DNA from: Pseudovirgaria hyperparasitica
Lineage: Eukaryota
Direction: 5' to 3' (one strand)
Length of the DNA: 64,000 bases
Assembly (NCBI GenBank): GCA_010093815.1
Contig: ML996579.1
Made by a program: the position numbers and the translations under genes. The stretch's first letter is position 1, and every line of letters begins with the position of its first letter. This document shows, piece after piece, positions 35,631 through 47,373 of this stretch. A model generated the notes under the pieces. That model was not told where the DNA came from. It ran no database searches and saw only the letters and a list, made by a program, of their open reading frames with translations.

Positions 35631-37145
35631 CTACCATAGCTCATCCTCCTCCTTGACCATATCATCTTCCCGGAGCACCCTCTTCCCCTCCATCTTCTTC
35701 CTCTCCTTGCGATCCTTCCTCGTCACTAGATGGCTGGGCGTGACGGGCGTGATGGGCGTAAAGGGCATATACGGACTATACGGCGTGTTGGGCATGCCCG
35801 TGCGCGGCGTTGTGAGACTCAGTTTGTCTTTCCGCGCCTGTACATACGTTGTCTTGGTCGGCGTTGGGGGGACAGGTGCCAGGCCTGCTGCGTCGTGGTA
35901 CGAACGGAGTGGGAGCGTGGATGTGCTGCTCGCGGCGCTCTTTGCGGGTGAGATGTTGAGCGCCGGCGGAGGCGCGAGTGTGTTTATGCGCGGGATGCGG
36001 GCGGATGGCAGAGGAGCTGGCTGGTCGCGGGCTTCTTGTGCGTATGCAGAGTCTGCGTTGCGTGCTGTGCCCTGGGATGTAGCAAAGTCGTGTGGCGATG
36101 GGATAGACGGAAGAGCTGGTGGCGGTGGAGGGTCGTAGAAGCGTGGGGAGAGAGGGGTCCGGGCTTCCTCGTCGGACTGCTCGCCTGGATATTTCTGGAT
36201 CGGGCCAGAGATGCGTAGATTGTGTAGAGATTTGCGGGTTTTGCTGGAGCTGGAGGCGTCGGAGTCGCGTCGGGGGCCTCTGGAGAGGAATTTACGCGGG
36301 GAAAGGGGCGACAGTGCGGGTTCACGGCGAGCGCCTGCATTATTGCGCTGTGGCGAGCTGCGTTCTTCAGGTTGTTGTTGTTCTGCGAAGCGTGTGCTGC
36401 GAGCACTGCGTGGTGGCTCCATTGGGTGGAGAGGACGAGAGAAGCTTCTTGGAGTGGTCGCGCTCTGTGGACTGGGATATAGATCGGAGTGTTTGGCCGT
36501 GGTGTTGATCTGTAGCGGGCGTCTGTGGTCCTGGCTGGTCTGGTCCACTTCAGGATCAGTGACCATCGATTGTGCGGACTTGCGGGCTTCTTGTTCGTCT
36601 TGGTGTTCCATGACAGCAGCGTACAACCTCTCCATCTCCCGCTGTCGCTGTTCCTTGTCTGATTTCAGAACCATATGGTCGAAAGAAGCTACACTTTGCA
36701 CGGTCGGACTCGTGGGGCTGCTCATGCCGCTCCTGAACGAAGGTGTCCTATGGAACTTTTTCTGGAACCACGATCTCGTTGTCGAGGCCGGGGACACTGG
36801 CGTTATATCAAACGCCTGGGATCCCGCTTTGACCATCTCTATCTCCAGGGTCAGAGGTGACAACTCCGCGTCTCGTCTCATCCTCTTGCCGACGGTCAGG
36901 AGTAGAGTCAGTGCAACCAGCACAGTCACCAGGTAGGCGCCGACTATGCCACAGATCTCCCAGGGTAACTGTTTCTTGTCTCGCAGAGCGCCCGCAGCAC
37001 CCGGAGGTCCCAATTCCGGCGGAGGAGCTTTGTAGTTGTATATGTCGCTCCAGAAGCCCGACGAGGCGGCAGCTGAGACTGCAAACGTCAGAAGCACGAA
37101 GCGGTGTTTGGAGGAGGAGGAGGAGGCCAATGCAGAGCTCGACAT
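35631..37145 (-). CDS. Hypothetical membrane protein with a long Pro/Ser-rich cytoplasmic tail
   Basis: 504 aa single ORF; hydrophobic N-terminal segment, TM helix ICGIVGAYLVTVLVALTLLLTVG, C-terminal TPYSPYMPFTPITPVTP motif. Confidence 0.8.
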   Translation of the reverse strand: MSSSALASSSSSKHRFVLLTFAVSAAASSGFWSDIYNYKAPPPELGPPGAAGALRDKKQLPWEICGIVGAYLVTVLVALTLLLTVGKRMRRDAELSPLTLEIEMVKAGSQAFDITPVSPASTTRSWFQKKFHRTPSFRSGMSSPTSPTVQSVASFDHMVLKSDKEQRQREMERLYAAVMEHQDEQEARKSAQSMVTDPEVDQTSQDHRRPLQINTTAKHSDLYPSPQSATTPRSFSRPLHPMEPPRSARSTRFAEQQQPEERSSPQRNNAGARREPALSPLSPRKFLSRGPRRDSDASSSSKTRKSLHNLRISGPIQKYPGEQSDEEARTPLSPRFYDPPPPPALPSIPSPHDFATSQGTARNADSAYAQEARDQPAPLPSARIPRINTLAPPPALNISPAKSAASSTSTLPLRSYHDAAGLAPVPPTPTKTTYVQARKDKLSLTTPRTGMPNTPYSPYMPFTPITPVTPSHLVTRKDRKERKKMEGKRVLREDDMVKEEDELW

Positions 37146-37976
37146 TGCGGGGCCTTATGGGAGTCGTCGTTCTTATGGAGGAACCAGCAGTAGATATAGC
37201 AGCGATCTGCTGGTACGTCGGATGTGACGAGACAGACAGTACAGCAACATGCTGGAAAGAAGAGCAGAAGAGGGGAATGAACTAAAAGTGTATGTATACG
37301 GGATTGGTTCTTTGTCCTGGTGGTCCCGATGCGACTGGGTGGAGGAGTCTGGGGGAAGATGGTGGTACGCGGACGCTGATTGGTCGGTCGGAGCTGAAAG
37401 GCGTGCGTTGGTGTGCTCTCGTGCAGATGTTTAAGCGCCCGGCCTGGTGATGGGCAGTGAAGACCACACCACTGCGCACACTTGATTGGCCCGCTGTTTG
37501 TGTTTCTCAGACGATCCACTGCAGAGACTACTGACGAGTGACGGGGGGCGCAAGGGGAGATGCATGATGAGCCGGTTCTACATGTCCTTGTGTGCCTTCA
37601 TGCGCGAGGCGTCGATGAGAGTGCGGATATAGGTACACGGATGCCCTGTCAGAGCGACAGTATAACTTCGCGTCACAGGAATATGGCTGATAGCTAGAAT
37701 GACGTTTGCTGGTTTACATATATATGTCGGCTGTATGATAACACTAGATGGTATTGCTGGTACGTACTCCTGACAGCGCTACATGGTAAGCGCTCGACGT
37801 CCACAACAAAGCCAATGAACAAAGGGACAATGTCTGTCTGGCTGTAAGGCATCCATCTGCAGTCTATTAATGGAGCCCTGCACGACTGCAAGGCTGAGCA
37901 TGAAACAAACCATGGGACTGCTGCCTCAATCACACACGTCCATGGATGATACTCAGTCAGCCAGTACCAACACTAT

Positions 37977-38891
37977 CTATCTGTGAGCTTTGAAGGCATC
38001 AGCAACCGAGACGCCCTTCTCAATGTCGACCATCACACGCTCGTCGGCTGCAGTAAGTCCAGGCAAGATTTCAAGCACCGCGTCGACTTTCGACTTGGGT
38101 ATGCTCACCACAGACAACTCGTTTGGGTCCATGAAGATGATATCGCCCTTTGTCACAACATAAGATTGCCTGGTGCAGAACACGACGTTGCTACGACGCC
38201 GCGAGGGAGATAGAAGTAGCTTACGGGCTCGACCAGCACCTTTCCAATCTCAACAGGCACATTGCATGCCCACGGTTTGGACTCTGCTCCCGCACCGACC
38301 GTGGAGACAGAGCGTGACCAGACCTTTTTTGTGGTCGTTCAATTCCATGGTCTTGTCTCACTCTTGCTCTCTTGGACTTACCGATAGCTTCACCTCGTCC
38401 AGGACGGGAAGATCCCTTATGCGCCCGTCTACGAGTATGCCTTGCGCGCCCAACATCTCCATGCGCTTTGCCATGATTCCGCCCATGACTGCGCAGGTTT
38501 GACCGGCTGGCTGGCTCAGGACTACGACTGTGCCGGTCTTTGTGAGGTCTGCATATGGTGTTCCCGCTTTGATGTTCTGCTCTACACTCTTGTCTGCCAC
38601 GGACGGCGCCGCGGTCGCGGTCTTGGATGCGAACAGGACGGTCGATGCGGGTGCAATTGTCTTCTCGGTGCGTTTGGTTCGTTGTACTGATCAGGCTGTC
38701 AGTAGATATGCAGTATGCTCCTCGCGCTCGAGAGGAATACCTATGTCAGCTAAGAAGCCTCCATGAGTACAGCCGAGCTTGAGCAGCGCATCTGATATCT
38801 GAACGTCTCAGCCGGGCAGAGTGGCTTCAAGTAGAAGACGTACGTCGCAAGCACTGTACTTGTACAGTCTTTCAAGCTGTGTTAGCACCAT
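37977..38891 (-). CDS. RraA-like / HMG-aldolase (DlpA-type) protein
   Basis: Spliced MVLTQLERLYKYSACDISDALLKLG..AVMGGIM..VDGRIRD..GDIIFMDP..SVADAFKAHR*; several short GT-AG introns, not all boundaries resolved. Confidence 0.85.
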
Positions 38892-39206
38892 GACGAGTAG
38901 TTGTAGAAGAGGAATATCAGTTCAGATATAATATAATTACTGCAGCGTTGACTGAACAGCTAGTGACTGATTACATGCCTTGCTCAGGCCTAGCTCGGTC
39001 CCAGCCAATCAGCGTCAACCTGAACCGATGACCCGCGGTTTCAGCGAAGGAGACTTTCCCTTTGACACCACAGACTCCTACTACGCAATTCATTCCATCA
39101 CCAATTGCCGCTCTGTCAGCACCATCCAGCCCGCCTGCGGCATCTCGAACAAATCCCCTCCAATTTGCATCCGTATAGCTTCGCCGTAGCTCAATTCCAA
39201 AGCACA

Positions 39207-39861
39207 ATGGGTATCACCGACTTCTTCAGCACCGTCTACGACGGCGTCTCGACGGCCTTCTCCTCCACCGAGCTGTACGCCGAAGCTCCCACCGGCGGCG
39301 TCGACAGCAAGTCCCCGGCCAGTGGCACAGACGAGGAAGGCGAGGAGGAGAGCGAGGCCAACAAGGCTGACGAGGAGAAGGCCAAGGCTCGCACCGCCGA
39401 CGATGACGAGCCTGAGCAGGCTGACGGAAAGAGCGGTGACGACGAGGAGAGTGAAGAAGGTGGTGAGGATGGCGGCGAGGACGAGGCAGAAGAAGAAGAG
39501 GAAGAGGAAGAGGAGGAAGACGAGCCAGAGGACCCCATGCCCAAGATCACAGAGCGTAAGCGTCGTCATAGTTTACAATTTTCGGGATGAGCTAGTTCTG
39601 ACCAGTTGCAACAGAATGTGCCGAGTCAAAGGAGTGCGCCCCGGCAAAACACCACTTCGACGAGTGCGCCGAGCGCGTTCAGGGCAAGATTGAGGCCGAC
39701 GGCAAGTCTGACGAGGACTGCGTCGAAGAATGTACGTGACCAGACCGGGGGACATCCAATCCGCCAACGGACAGGGCATTACTGATCATCATGTAGTCTT
39801 CCACCTTGCCCATTGCGCATCACAGTGTGCTGCTCCCAAGCTGTTCAGACAGCTAAAGTAA
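39207..39861 (+). CDS. QCR6: Ubiquinol-cytochrome c reductase hinge protein (subunit 6)
   Basis: Highly acidic N-terminus followed by DPMPKITEQCAESKECAPAKHHFDECAERV..EDCVEEFFHLAHCASQCAAPKLFRQLK*; introns 39556-39614 and 39732-39797. Confidence 0.93.
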
Positions 39862-40337
39862 AGTGCCTCGGCACGAGCCATGTTACCACGCTCTCTCCCC
39901 GACCAACCGACATGACACTTTCCTCTGCACCCTATAGACTCACGATATGGGATGGTGTTTTTGGAGAGCGAGTAGAAAAGCCGTCGTAAGAAGCCGACTG
40001 TATATATGAAGAGCATTTTGCGAATTGTACTATTGTGTAGTGGAGATGAGCATTGTGTATGCTAGCAGTCAGTATACTTGAAGGATCCGTTCTATCATCG
40101 TTAGCATCCGTACAATTTGCGACTCCACTTCGTCTACAAGGCTGTCTGATTGCATGAGGTTGTGATTCAGATTTGCATAATCGCTTCCTGAAGTATATTC
40201 ATTCTACAGAGAACTTAGTCGGTCTGACACTAAAATCTAGACTCATTCGACATTGACATGACCTTCGACCTCGCCTCCTCAATGTCCACGCATACATACA
40301 CAAAACAGAGTAAAGACCTGGTATAAAACACCTCACC

Positions 40338-42143
40338 TCACGCCTCCTCCACCTGACCCTCCTCCCCACTCCCCCCCCTCTCATCAACCCCCAACCTCCC
40401 CTTCCTCGTCCCCTCGCCCAACCCCAACCGCCGAACGCCCAACATCAACGGCAACGGCACAACCACACACGCCACAACCGCCATAAACACCAACCCCCTC
40501 TTCATACTCCCCTCCGGCTCCCCGTCCGCGCCCTTCAACGCCCCCATAACAACAATAAACACCCCGCCGAGCAACTGGCCCGCACTCCACATAACCACAC
40601 TGCCCACCTCCGGACTCGCCGGCCACGCCACCTCAACCACATACTCCAGACTAACCGGCAACAACGCAAAACTGCTCGCGCCGAGCACCGCACAAACCGC
40701 ATAGGGCGCCGCCAGCCCCCGCGTACCGGGCGCCCATATGAAGGCGAGGAAGCTGGCGGCAACAATGGGCACGAGCACCTTGATAGGCACGAGATGGGTG
40801 TGCAGCCGGTCGAAGAGCGGGGAGAGCAGGGCGGAGACAAGCAGGCCGACGACGATGAGGATGGCGCCTGCGATGCCGGCTTCGTCTTCGGAGAGGCCGT
40901 AGGGGGCGAGGATCTGGACGAGGAGGGAGGAGAGGGCGTTGAAGAGGGCGACGTAGATGGCGAAGGGGAGGAGGATGATGTAGAAGGGTTTGCTGCGGGC
41001 GAGGATGGAGAGGGAGTTGCGGAGAGGGGTTTGCGGGAGGGAGGAGGTTGGGGATGCGGGGGTTGGGGGGCGCGAGGGGAGGAAGAAGGCTGGGAGGGCG
41101 ACGAGGGTGGACTGTGTGTGGTTTTTTTGTTTAGTTTTTGGGTAACTGAGTGGTTGCAGGTGGTAGGCTTACTATGATTGCTGTGTAGAGGACTGTGTCT
41201 GGGACTTTGCTTGCGTCTGTGGCCCAGAAGGGGTTGACCAACTGGCCAATCTGTATAGAGCAAATCAGTATATCAGATCCGCATCTCAAAAACAACACAA
41301 CAACAACAACAATATACATGCAACTTACCGCTCCCCCAAACGGATTAGCAAGACTTGCCAGCGCCGTAGCAGACACCCGCCCCCGATCCGTAAACCACAT
41401 ATCGCTATACCGCGTCGGCGCAGTCAGCACAAACGGCTGCGCAAAGCCAATCAAGATCTGGCCAAACATGACCACTCCAAACCGAGCACTGACACTGCCC
41501 GTAATCCGCACGCCCCCATATCGGATCCAGCTGCCAATGAGCGTCAAAACACTCGCCGATACGATGGACGGCTTCGGCCCGAAATGCAGGACGTATACCA
41601 CGATGCTGTGCAACAACCAGTCAGCTCATGACGTCTGCCAACAAACACACACAGAAGAGATATAAGAAACGAGCAACATACGGCGCAACAACAACAAACG
41701 CAAACAAAAACCCGGTACTCAGCCAATTAATCCCCGTTTCGGAGACGTCGAAAAACTCCGACGCAGTCCTCGATATCGGAGAAAAGGTCAACCACTGCGG
41801 TAGCACGCTGGTCAGCTAGCTCTCCGGATACACATACAAACACACACACACAAACACAAGTACACACATCGCCAGATGGGTACAAACTTACATCCCAGCT
41901 AACAACAATGTTCAGCAAAACCAGCTGGATCAAGCCAAACCAGCGACGCTTATACACGCGATATCCCACCGCCGGCGCAGGCAGAATGGGATCCAGAGTG
42001 GCCTCGCGGTCGAGCTGATAGTGGAGGAGGCCCGCCTCGTTCGTCGTCGAATCCCTCGTCGCGGCGGTCAGAGACGGCGAAGTGACAGTTTCGGTCTTGG
42101 GCATGCCGTACTCGCCCTGTTTGCCGTCGTTGATAGTCTGCAT
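40338..42143 (-). CDS. MFS transporter, FLVCR/SLC49-like
   Basis: YRVYKRRWFGLIQLVLLNIVVSWD, GQILIGFAQPFVLTAPTRYSDMWFTDRGR, LANPFGGA; many TM segments over several exons; start codon tentative. Confidence 0.88.
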
Positions 42144-43469
42144 TCTCACGTAGCCAAGGTTTGTCGCATGCCGGGTCGTGGAATGGACAACGACTTTGAG
42201 CCGGTCGAACATGCAACGAGCCCTGTGGATCGTCTATATAACCGCGAAGCAGGGATCGGATGGAGCGCAGTTATCGTTGTTATCAGCTTTGCAGACAGTC
42301 CGGATACGTCTGGTAGTCCGACCCGAGGTGGTTTCTTGAGTGATTGGCAGTTGATTACTCTCTGTCAGGTCACGGGATTATTTGCTTGAACTATCAGTTG
42401 TCAGTTGCCATAACGGGAGTAGCGTGACTTTATAAACTACAGGCCCGGACTCCCGAGGTTCCCCTGGTAGGTACCTGACACTAGTCTGCTTTAGGAAAAG
42501 TATCATCCGAGGATCCCATCCCCTTTTTCCCACCATTCATTTTCCCCAACCACAGAATAATCATTTCTACAGTGTGTAAGATCATGACATAGCCAGCCAT
42601 TTCAGCCCTTGGATTTTGGGACGTGTCGGTGCTGTGTGCCTCGAGAGTGCCCCCTTACAGCATCGAATCACTCCGTCCATGTCCTGCTCTCAACAGAGTC
42701 GTTGAAGGCTGCCCCAACATCGAACCCACTAACACGCGAGGTTTACGTATTGAAGCGACGGACCAAATGATCTTCTTGGCTGGAATATCTGAAAAAAGTC
42801 AAAATTAAAAAATAAAACAAAGAGACAGTCTGTTATCTGTTTGCATTTATTCTTGCATAGCACTCAAGTCGATCTTATCTTTTCCTTCGCACGCTCATAG
42901 GGGTTCCTTTTTTCAGAGTCAAGATACTTTATTCATCAAGTTATTTTTCTCCTCTTTCTACGTCTTACTCTCGTCATTCGTCTTTCCCTGCTCGACTAAC
43001 TTTCGTCCCGAAGGCTCAAGGTAGGAAGCGAGAAGCTCATCGCATCGCACGGCGCCGAACTTGGAACAGGGGCCCTGGTTCGCAAACGCCCCAACTGGAT
43101 GCTCCAACGAGGTCAAGAGAAAGATAACTGGACCCGTTGCCGATGGAATGTAAAGCTGGATCCTCACCGCACTGGAATAGAGTCTATAGCCTGCCGTTCG
43201 CACTCCTCCCATCCGCAATCGCATCTCGGCTACTAGGCCGGAGTGAAACTCTGAGAGGGCGATGCTGAGTCGCAGCCGGTGTGTTCTCGACACTGTACTT
43301 CTGATCGCAGGTGCGGTGGACCGTGTGGACCTAAGAGCTCGGTATTCGCGTCGGGGGCTTGCGATGAGTGGCGATTGTTGTACCGAGGATACCAATACGA
43401 TCGCGACAGGCATTCGAGTACTGGCGTTCGTATGGCATCGCTCAGCCGGCGCATGATCGACTGTGCATG

Positions 43470-44440
43470 TCTTACTGCGCATGTTCTGGATTGTGCGACC
43501 TTGTCGTGTGTAGGCGCAATCGCTCCCAGCGCTGTAGTCCCAACGCCGTCCCATTTTTATCGATGCTCTTATGAAGATGCTGCCCGCTCAGAATCTCGCA
43601 ATTGATTTTTAGCCACGGCTGTATTGTCACGGTGGCGCCGGAGGTACGAACGATGCTGCGAGTCGCGGCTGCGGCAGCCTCACCCACGACACATTCTGGT
43701 ATATCACCGATCATGCCGATACTCCGACTGCTCTTGTGCATCTCAGCCAGACTGTCCTCGAATACGATGTCGTACGACTTGATTATGGGTGGCAACTACT
43801 TTAGTTAGCTACAGACTCGAGAGTGTGCAGAGGCAAGGGTGCGACGATACCTTGGCTGTCAGGATCTACTGTTGGGACGACGGGAGGCCTCTGCGGCATA
43901 GCCAGTCGCAGCCAGTCAACAGCAAATGCTTTGTAACATGCGACCGCACTCATGTCGTCGAAAGTGCTGATTAGCCTGGTCCACACGCGTTGAAGACGAC
44001 TTGGTTGTTCGGTTCGGAAAGTTTGATGTTACAAGCCTAGATGGTGCTATTTGGGACCAACAATACGTTGTTTGTTGGATCCGTTTTCGCACTCTTCTAG
44101 TCTTTGAACATGCTGTGGTCGTCGTCGGCTATGACTGGACTCGACGGAAGTCTCGCCGTGTTGTCGTTGGTGGCGGTGGGTCAGCGTCGATGACTCAAAC
44201 GACGTGTGAAATTCTTGGTCGACTCCTGAAACAGTGGCATCAGCACAAGTTCACAGTGTGGCCTCGAGACAGAGACTTACCCGGATGTTCAACGCTCATA
44301 TCGCATGATCGAACACACTGGCCGTCTGCCAACAAGCTACGTGATATCTGCCGTCGACGACGACTGAAGAACCATCTCTATCATATTCAGAATCTCTGCA
44401 AAGATATCAGCTCTTGAATACATGTCTTTTGCTGGCATGT
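43470..44440 (-). pseudogene. Possible decayed intron-containing gene
   Basis: Canonical minus-strand intron 43796-43850 (GTATCG..GCTAAC..TAG) and a second GTAAGT..CTGAT..CAG candidate near 44225-44280, flanked by frames broken by several stops. Confidence 0.3.
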
Positions 44441-45877
44441 CTGTACTCCACCTGTGTGTCTCGAGTGCATATATGAGCGATTCCACACGTTGGCAGACGC
44501 ATCTCGACATTCATCCGAAATCGACGAAACAAATACCACGCCAGAGCTATGATATCCGTCAATGTGCTCAACCACAAAGTCTCCATCGAAACCAAACCGA
44601 GAAAGGCCATCGCCGCATCGTAGACGTGTCCGTACCCTGCTCGCACCCCGTCAGCACAAAGCTATCATCAATACAACACACTCACATCACATCCCATCCC
44701 ATCCCAATCCTCCAAACCCAAAGCCGAGACGCAAAGTACCTACTCCCCATGAAACCCAGCCGATAGGTACCTCGAAGCGTGCGTACCTACCCAACCCAAG
44801 CCAAACGCAACATACCAAACCACACAATCAAGCCTTCCTCACCTGCCATCAAAAAATCCCGTCAAGCCCCGCAAGCATCCCCCTCATCGTAGCTTACATC
44901 TGCAGTGATGCATGTGTTGCACCATATGATAGTCTGCAGTTGAAGAAAGGAGGACGGAAGGAGAGAGAGAGAGGGAAAGAATGAGAAACGCCTAGTCCTG
45001 CTGAAGATACCTACCTCCCCTGAGCGGCCCCTTTAATCCCCCCGTTATTCCCCTCCGCAGACATCCGGGTGCTCGTCGCGGCGGTGGACGCTGTAGGGCA
45101 TAGCTGGTATAGCTGGCATAGCTAGCTGGCATAGATACCTTCTGGGCGCCCACTACCCCCCTATTTTTCCTCTATGTCCCCCCCAACTCAGCCAGCTAAA
45201 ATCCAACTCGCACGCCAGAAAGAAGGGGAGACACCCTGCTAGAGGCCTGCGACTGTAGCTGCCCTGGCGATTTGTGCCCTGAGGGCCTGGCGGGCTGGTG
45301 GTGGTGCACTTCCTGGCTTGGTGCGCCCCGAGACTTCATAACGACGCGAATCTATGTACAGGGCATGATAATTATTCTCTGCGTCGGACACGCAGGGCAT
45401 TTAGACGTAGAGATGGGCTGCTGAATGTTCACTTTGCACCGACGACGGCATGTGTGCTGCTGAGACGTGGGGATGTTTGTACTGCACGATCCACGGCACA
45501 TGGATGGATGAATGTCAGACACGAACGGTGTGATGGATGATTGTGATATTCATCGTGCTCTGCACCTGTCGATGGGCAAGCGAGCATCTATCTGCGAAAA
45601 CAGAACAAGAACAAGAACAAGAACCGGTATGCCAAACACCATATGCCATGCAACCCAACCGCGCAATGCAACAACAACAACAAAACCCAACCACGCAATG
45701 CATAAACCCAAGACAAGACCAACGCTATGCAATCCAAACCGACCGCTATGCAAAACAAGACACCGACGCAAAATATACAAAATGATGCCCTCCCCTCGTC
45801 TACAACCAACCCACAACGGGACAAGTAGACGATTGAACTGTTCCCGGTGAACAGTGTGTATGTCGAATGAAGAAATC

Positions 45878-46136
45878 CAGCGGTATCCTCGGAACGTTTC
45901 GTCTCCTGATTGGATGTGATGGTGGGAGGAGACGAGTGTCTTACTCGATACTTGGATGTGGATGTGAGACTCTATTCAGAGGTACCCTCGGAACACCTCG
46001 TCTCTCGGGATGGTGAGAGACGAGTGTCTTACTCGATACTTGATAGAGAGGGGAATGAACCAGAGGTATCCTCGGAGCGCCTCACTTGACGACGACGATG
46101 ATGATAATGTCAAGTGAGTGTCCTACTCGATGCTTG
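45878..46136. repeat. Array of three imperfect hairpin repeats (candidate structured RNA element)
   Basis: Units 45878-45954, 45977-46042 and 46061-46136 share a 5' arm CAGMGGTAYCCTCGGA and a 3' arm GAGTGTCYTACTCGATRCTTG around self-complementary inner stems. Confidence 0.85.
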
Positions 46137-46308
46137 AATCATGTGTGGCGGCAGGGTGCAGTGGTGAGGTGAGCAGCAGCAGCTCAGGGACAGGGAAGAC
46201 GGCGAGGGGGGAGGGGGGAAGGCAGCAGTGGCAGCAGTGGCAGCAATGCAAGAGACGGACGAGGCCATGGGGAGAGTGGATGAGAGTGCCTCAACTGGGG
46301 ACCACTCC

Positions 46309-47373
46309 TCACCAAAGGCCCGCCTCCTCGAGCTGCTCGAGCTGCTCGTACTCCCCGAAGTCCTCGGGCTGCCAGAACTGCTCGAATGGCGGCATGTAAG
46401 CCCCAAAGTCAGTCCTAGGCTCAGCAGGAGCAGCAGGGAGATAGGCCTGCTCCTGAGCCTGGGTGGGCTCCAACTGCCCATCATCCCCGAAGAGCTGCTC
46501 GACAGCAGCCCCAGAGTCGGGCACCATCTGCCCATCCTGCCCCCATGGCTGCTGGTCAGCCCCAAAGCCGGGCTGAGGCCCAGGAGCAGCATAGTAATAG
46601 GGCTGCTCCTGGCCCTGGAACTGGCCCTCTAGAGCCGCCGTGGGCCCAAACTGCGGTCCTGCCGCCGGCACAGTCGCAAACTGGCCATCCCAAGCAGGGT
46701 CGTCACCCATACTTGGCTCCTCCATCTGCGGCAGATAGAGGTTTCCCCTCCAGCCTTGCTGCTGGACGAACGCCTCAGGAGGAGGAGTGATGGGAGCCTG
46801 GGGGGCACCCATGGGAAGAGCCCAGGGAGCCGGCCCTGGGAGCTCAGGAAGCGGCTGCTGCACGACTGGCAGCTGCTCCTGTGGCGGCGTGCTGGGCTCC
46901 GTCTGCCGCGCCTGTTTGCGTGCAGCAGCACGCTCTTTGGCAGACGGCTTCTTCTTCTTCTCGCCGTCTGCATTTGCCCTCGCCCTCGGCTTGGGCACGA
47001 TGTCATGCGCCCGGACATGATGTTTGCCCCGGGCATGGTCATCCTTGAAAGTTTCCTGGCAACCAGGCTGCTTGCAAGGGAGGAGCTCGCCGCCATGCTT
47101 GCTCCGCATGTGTGCTTTCACATGCTCCTTCTGTCTCAGGGACAGGCTGCACACATGGCATTTGTATCCCCTGGCGTTCAGGTGAGCACTCATGTAGTGC
47201 TTCCCCTCGCCCTTGATACCACAGGCCTTGCCAGACCTGTAGTTGCAGCCTGGCCACGAGCACACCCAGGGCTTCGGGTGTGTCGGCTGGGACTCGTCCA
47301 GCCTGCACCAGGTGCCTCGCACCTCTGCTGTGTACGCCAGCTTTGGAGCGAGCTCCTCCACTGGGGCAGCCAT
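46309..47373 (-). CDS. C2H2 zinc-finger protein (3 fingers, basic NLS, Q/P/acidic tail)
   Basis: CSWPGC..HYMSAH, CHVC..HMRSKH and CKQPGC..HHVRAH; KKKKPSAKER; intronless; first ATG at 47373 (frame open to 47526). Confidence 0.85.
   Translation of the reverse strand: MAAPVEELAPKLAYTAEVRGTWCRLDESQPTHPKPWVCSWPGCNYRSGKACGIKGEGKHYMSAHLNARGYKCHVCSLSLRQKEHVKAHMRSKHGGELLPCKQPGCQETFKDDHARGKHHVRAHDIVPKPRARANADGEKKKKPSAKERAAARKQARQTEPSTPPQEQLPVVQQPLPELPGPAPWALPMGAPQAPITPPPEAFVQQQGWRGNLYLPQMEEPSMGDDPAWDGQFATVPAAGPQFGPTAALEGQFQGQEQPYYYAAPGPQPGFGADQQPWGQDGQMVPDSGAAVEQLFGDDGQLEPTQAQEQAYLPAAPAEPRTDFGAYMPPFEQFWQPEDFGEYEQLEQLEEAGLW

Noticed and set aside
45878..46136. Hairpin array as CRISPR, integron attC sites or a known ribozyme
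   Set aside because: Eukaryotic context with no cas or integrase gene; spacers are only 18-22 nt with no cassettes; no GTTRRRY boxes; no hammerhead CUGANGA/GAAA core and no twister or HDV pseudoknot visible.
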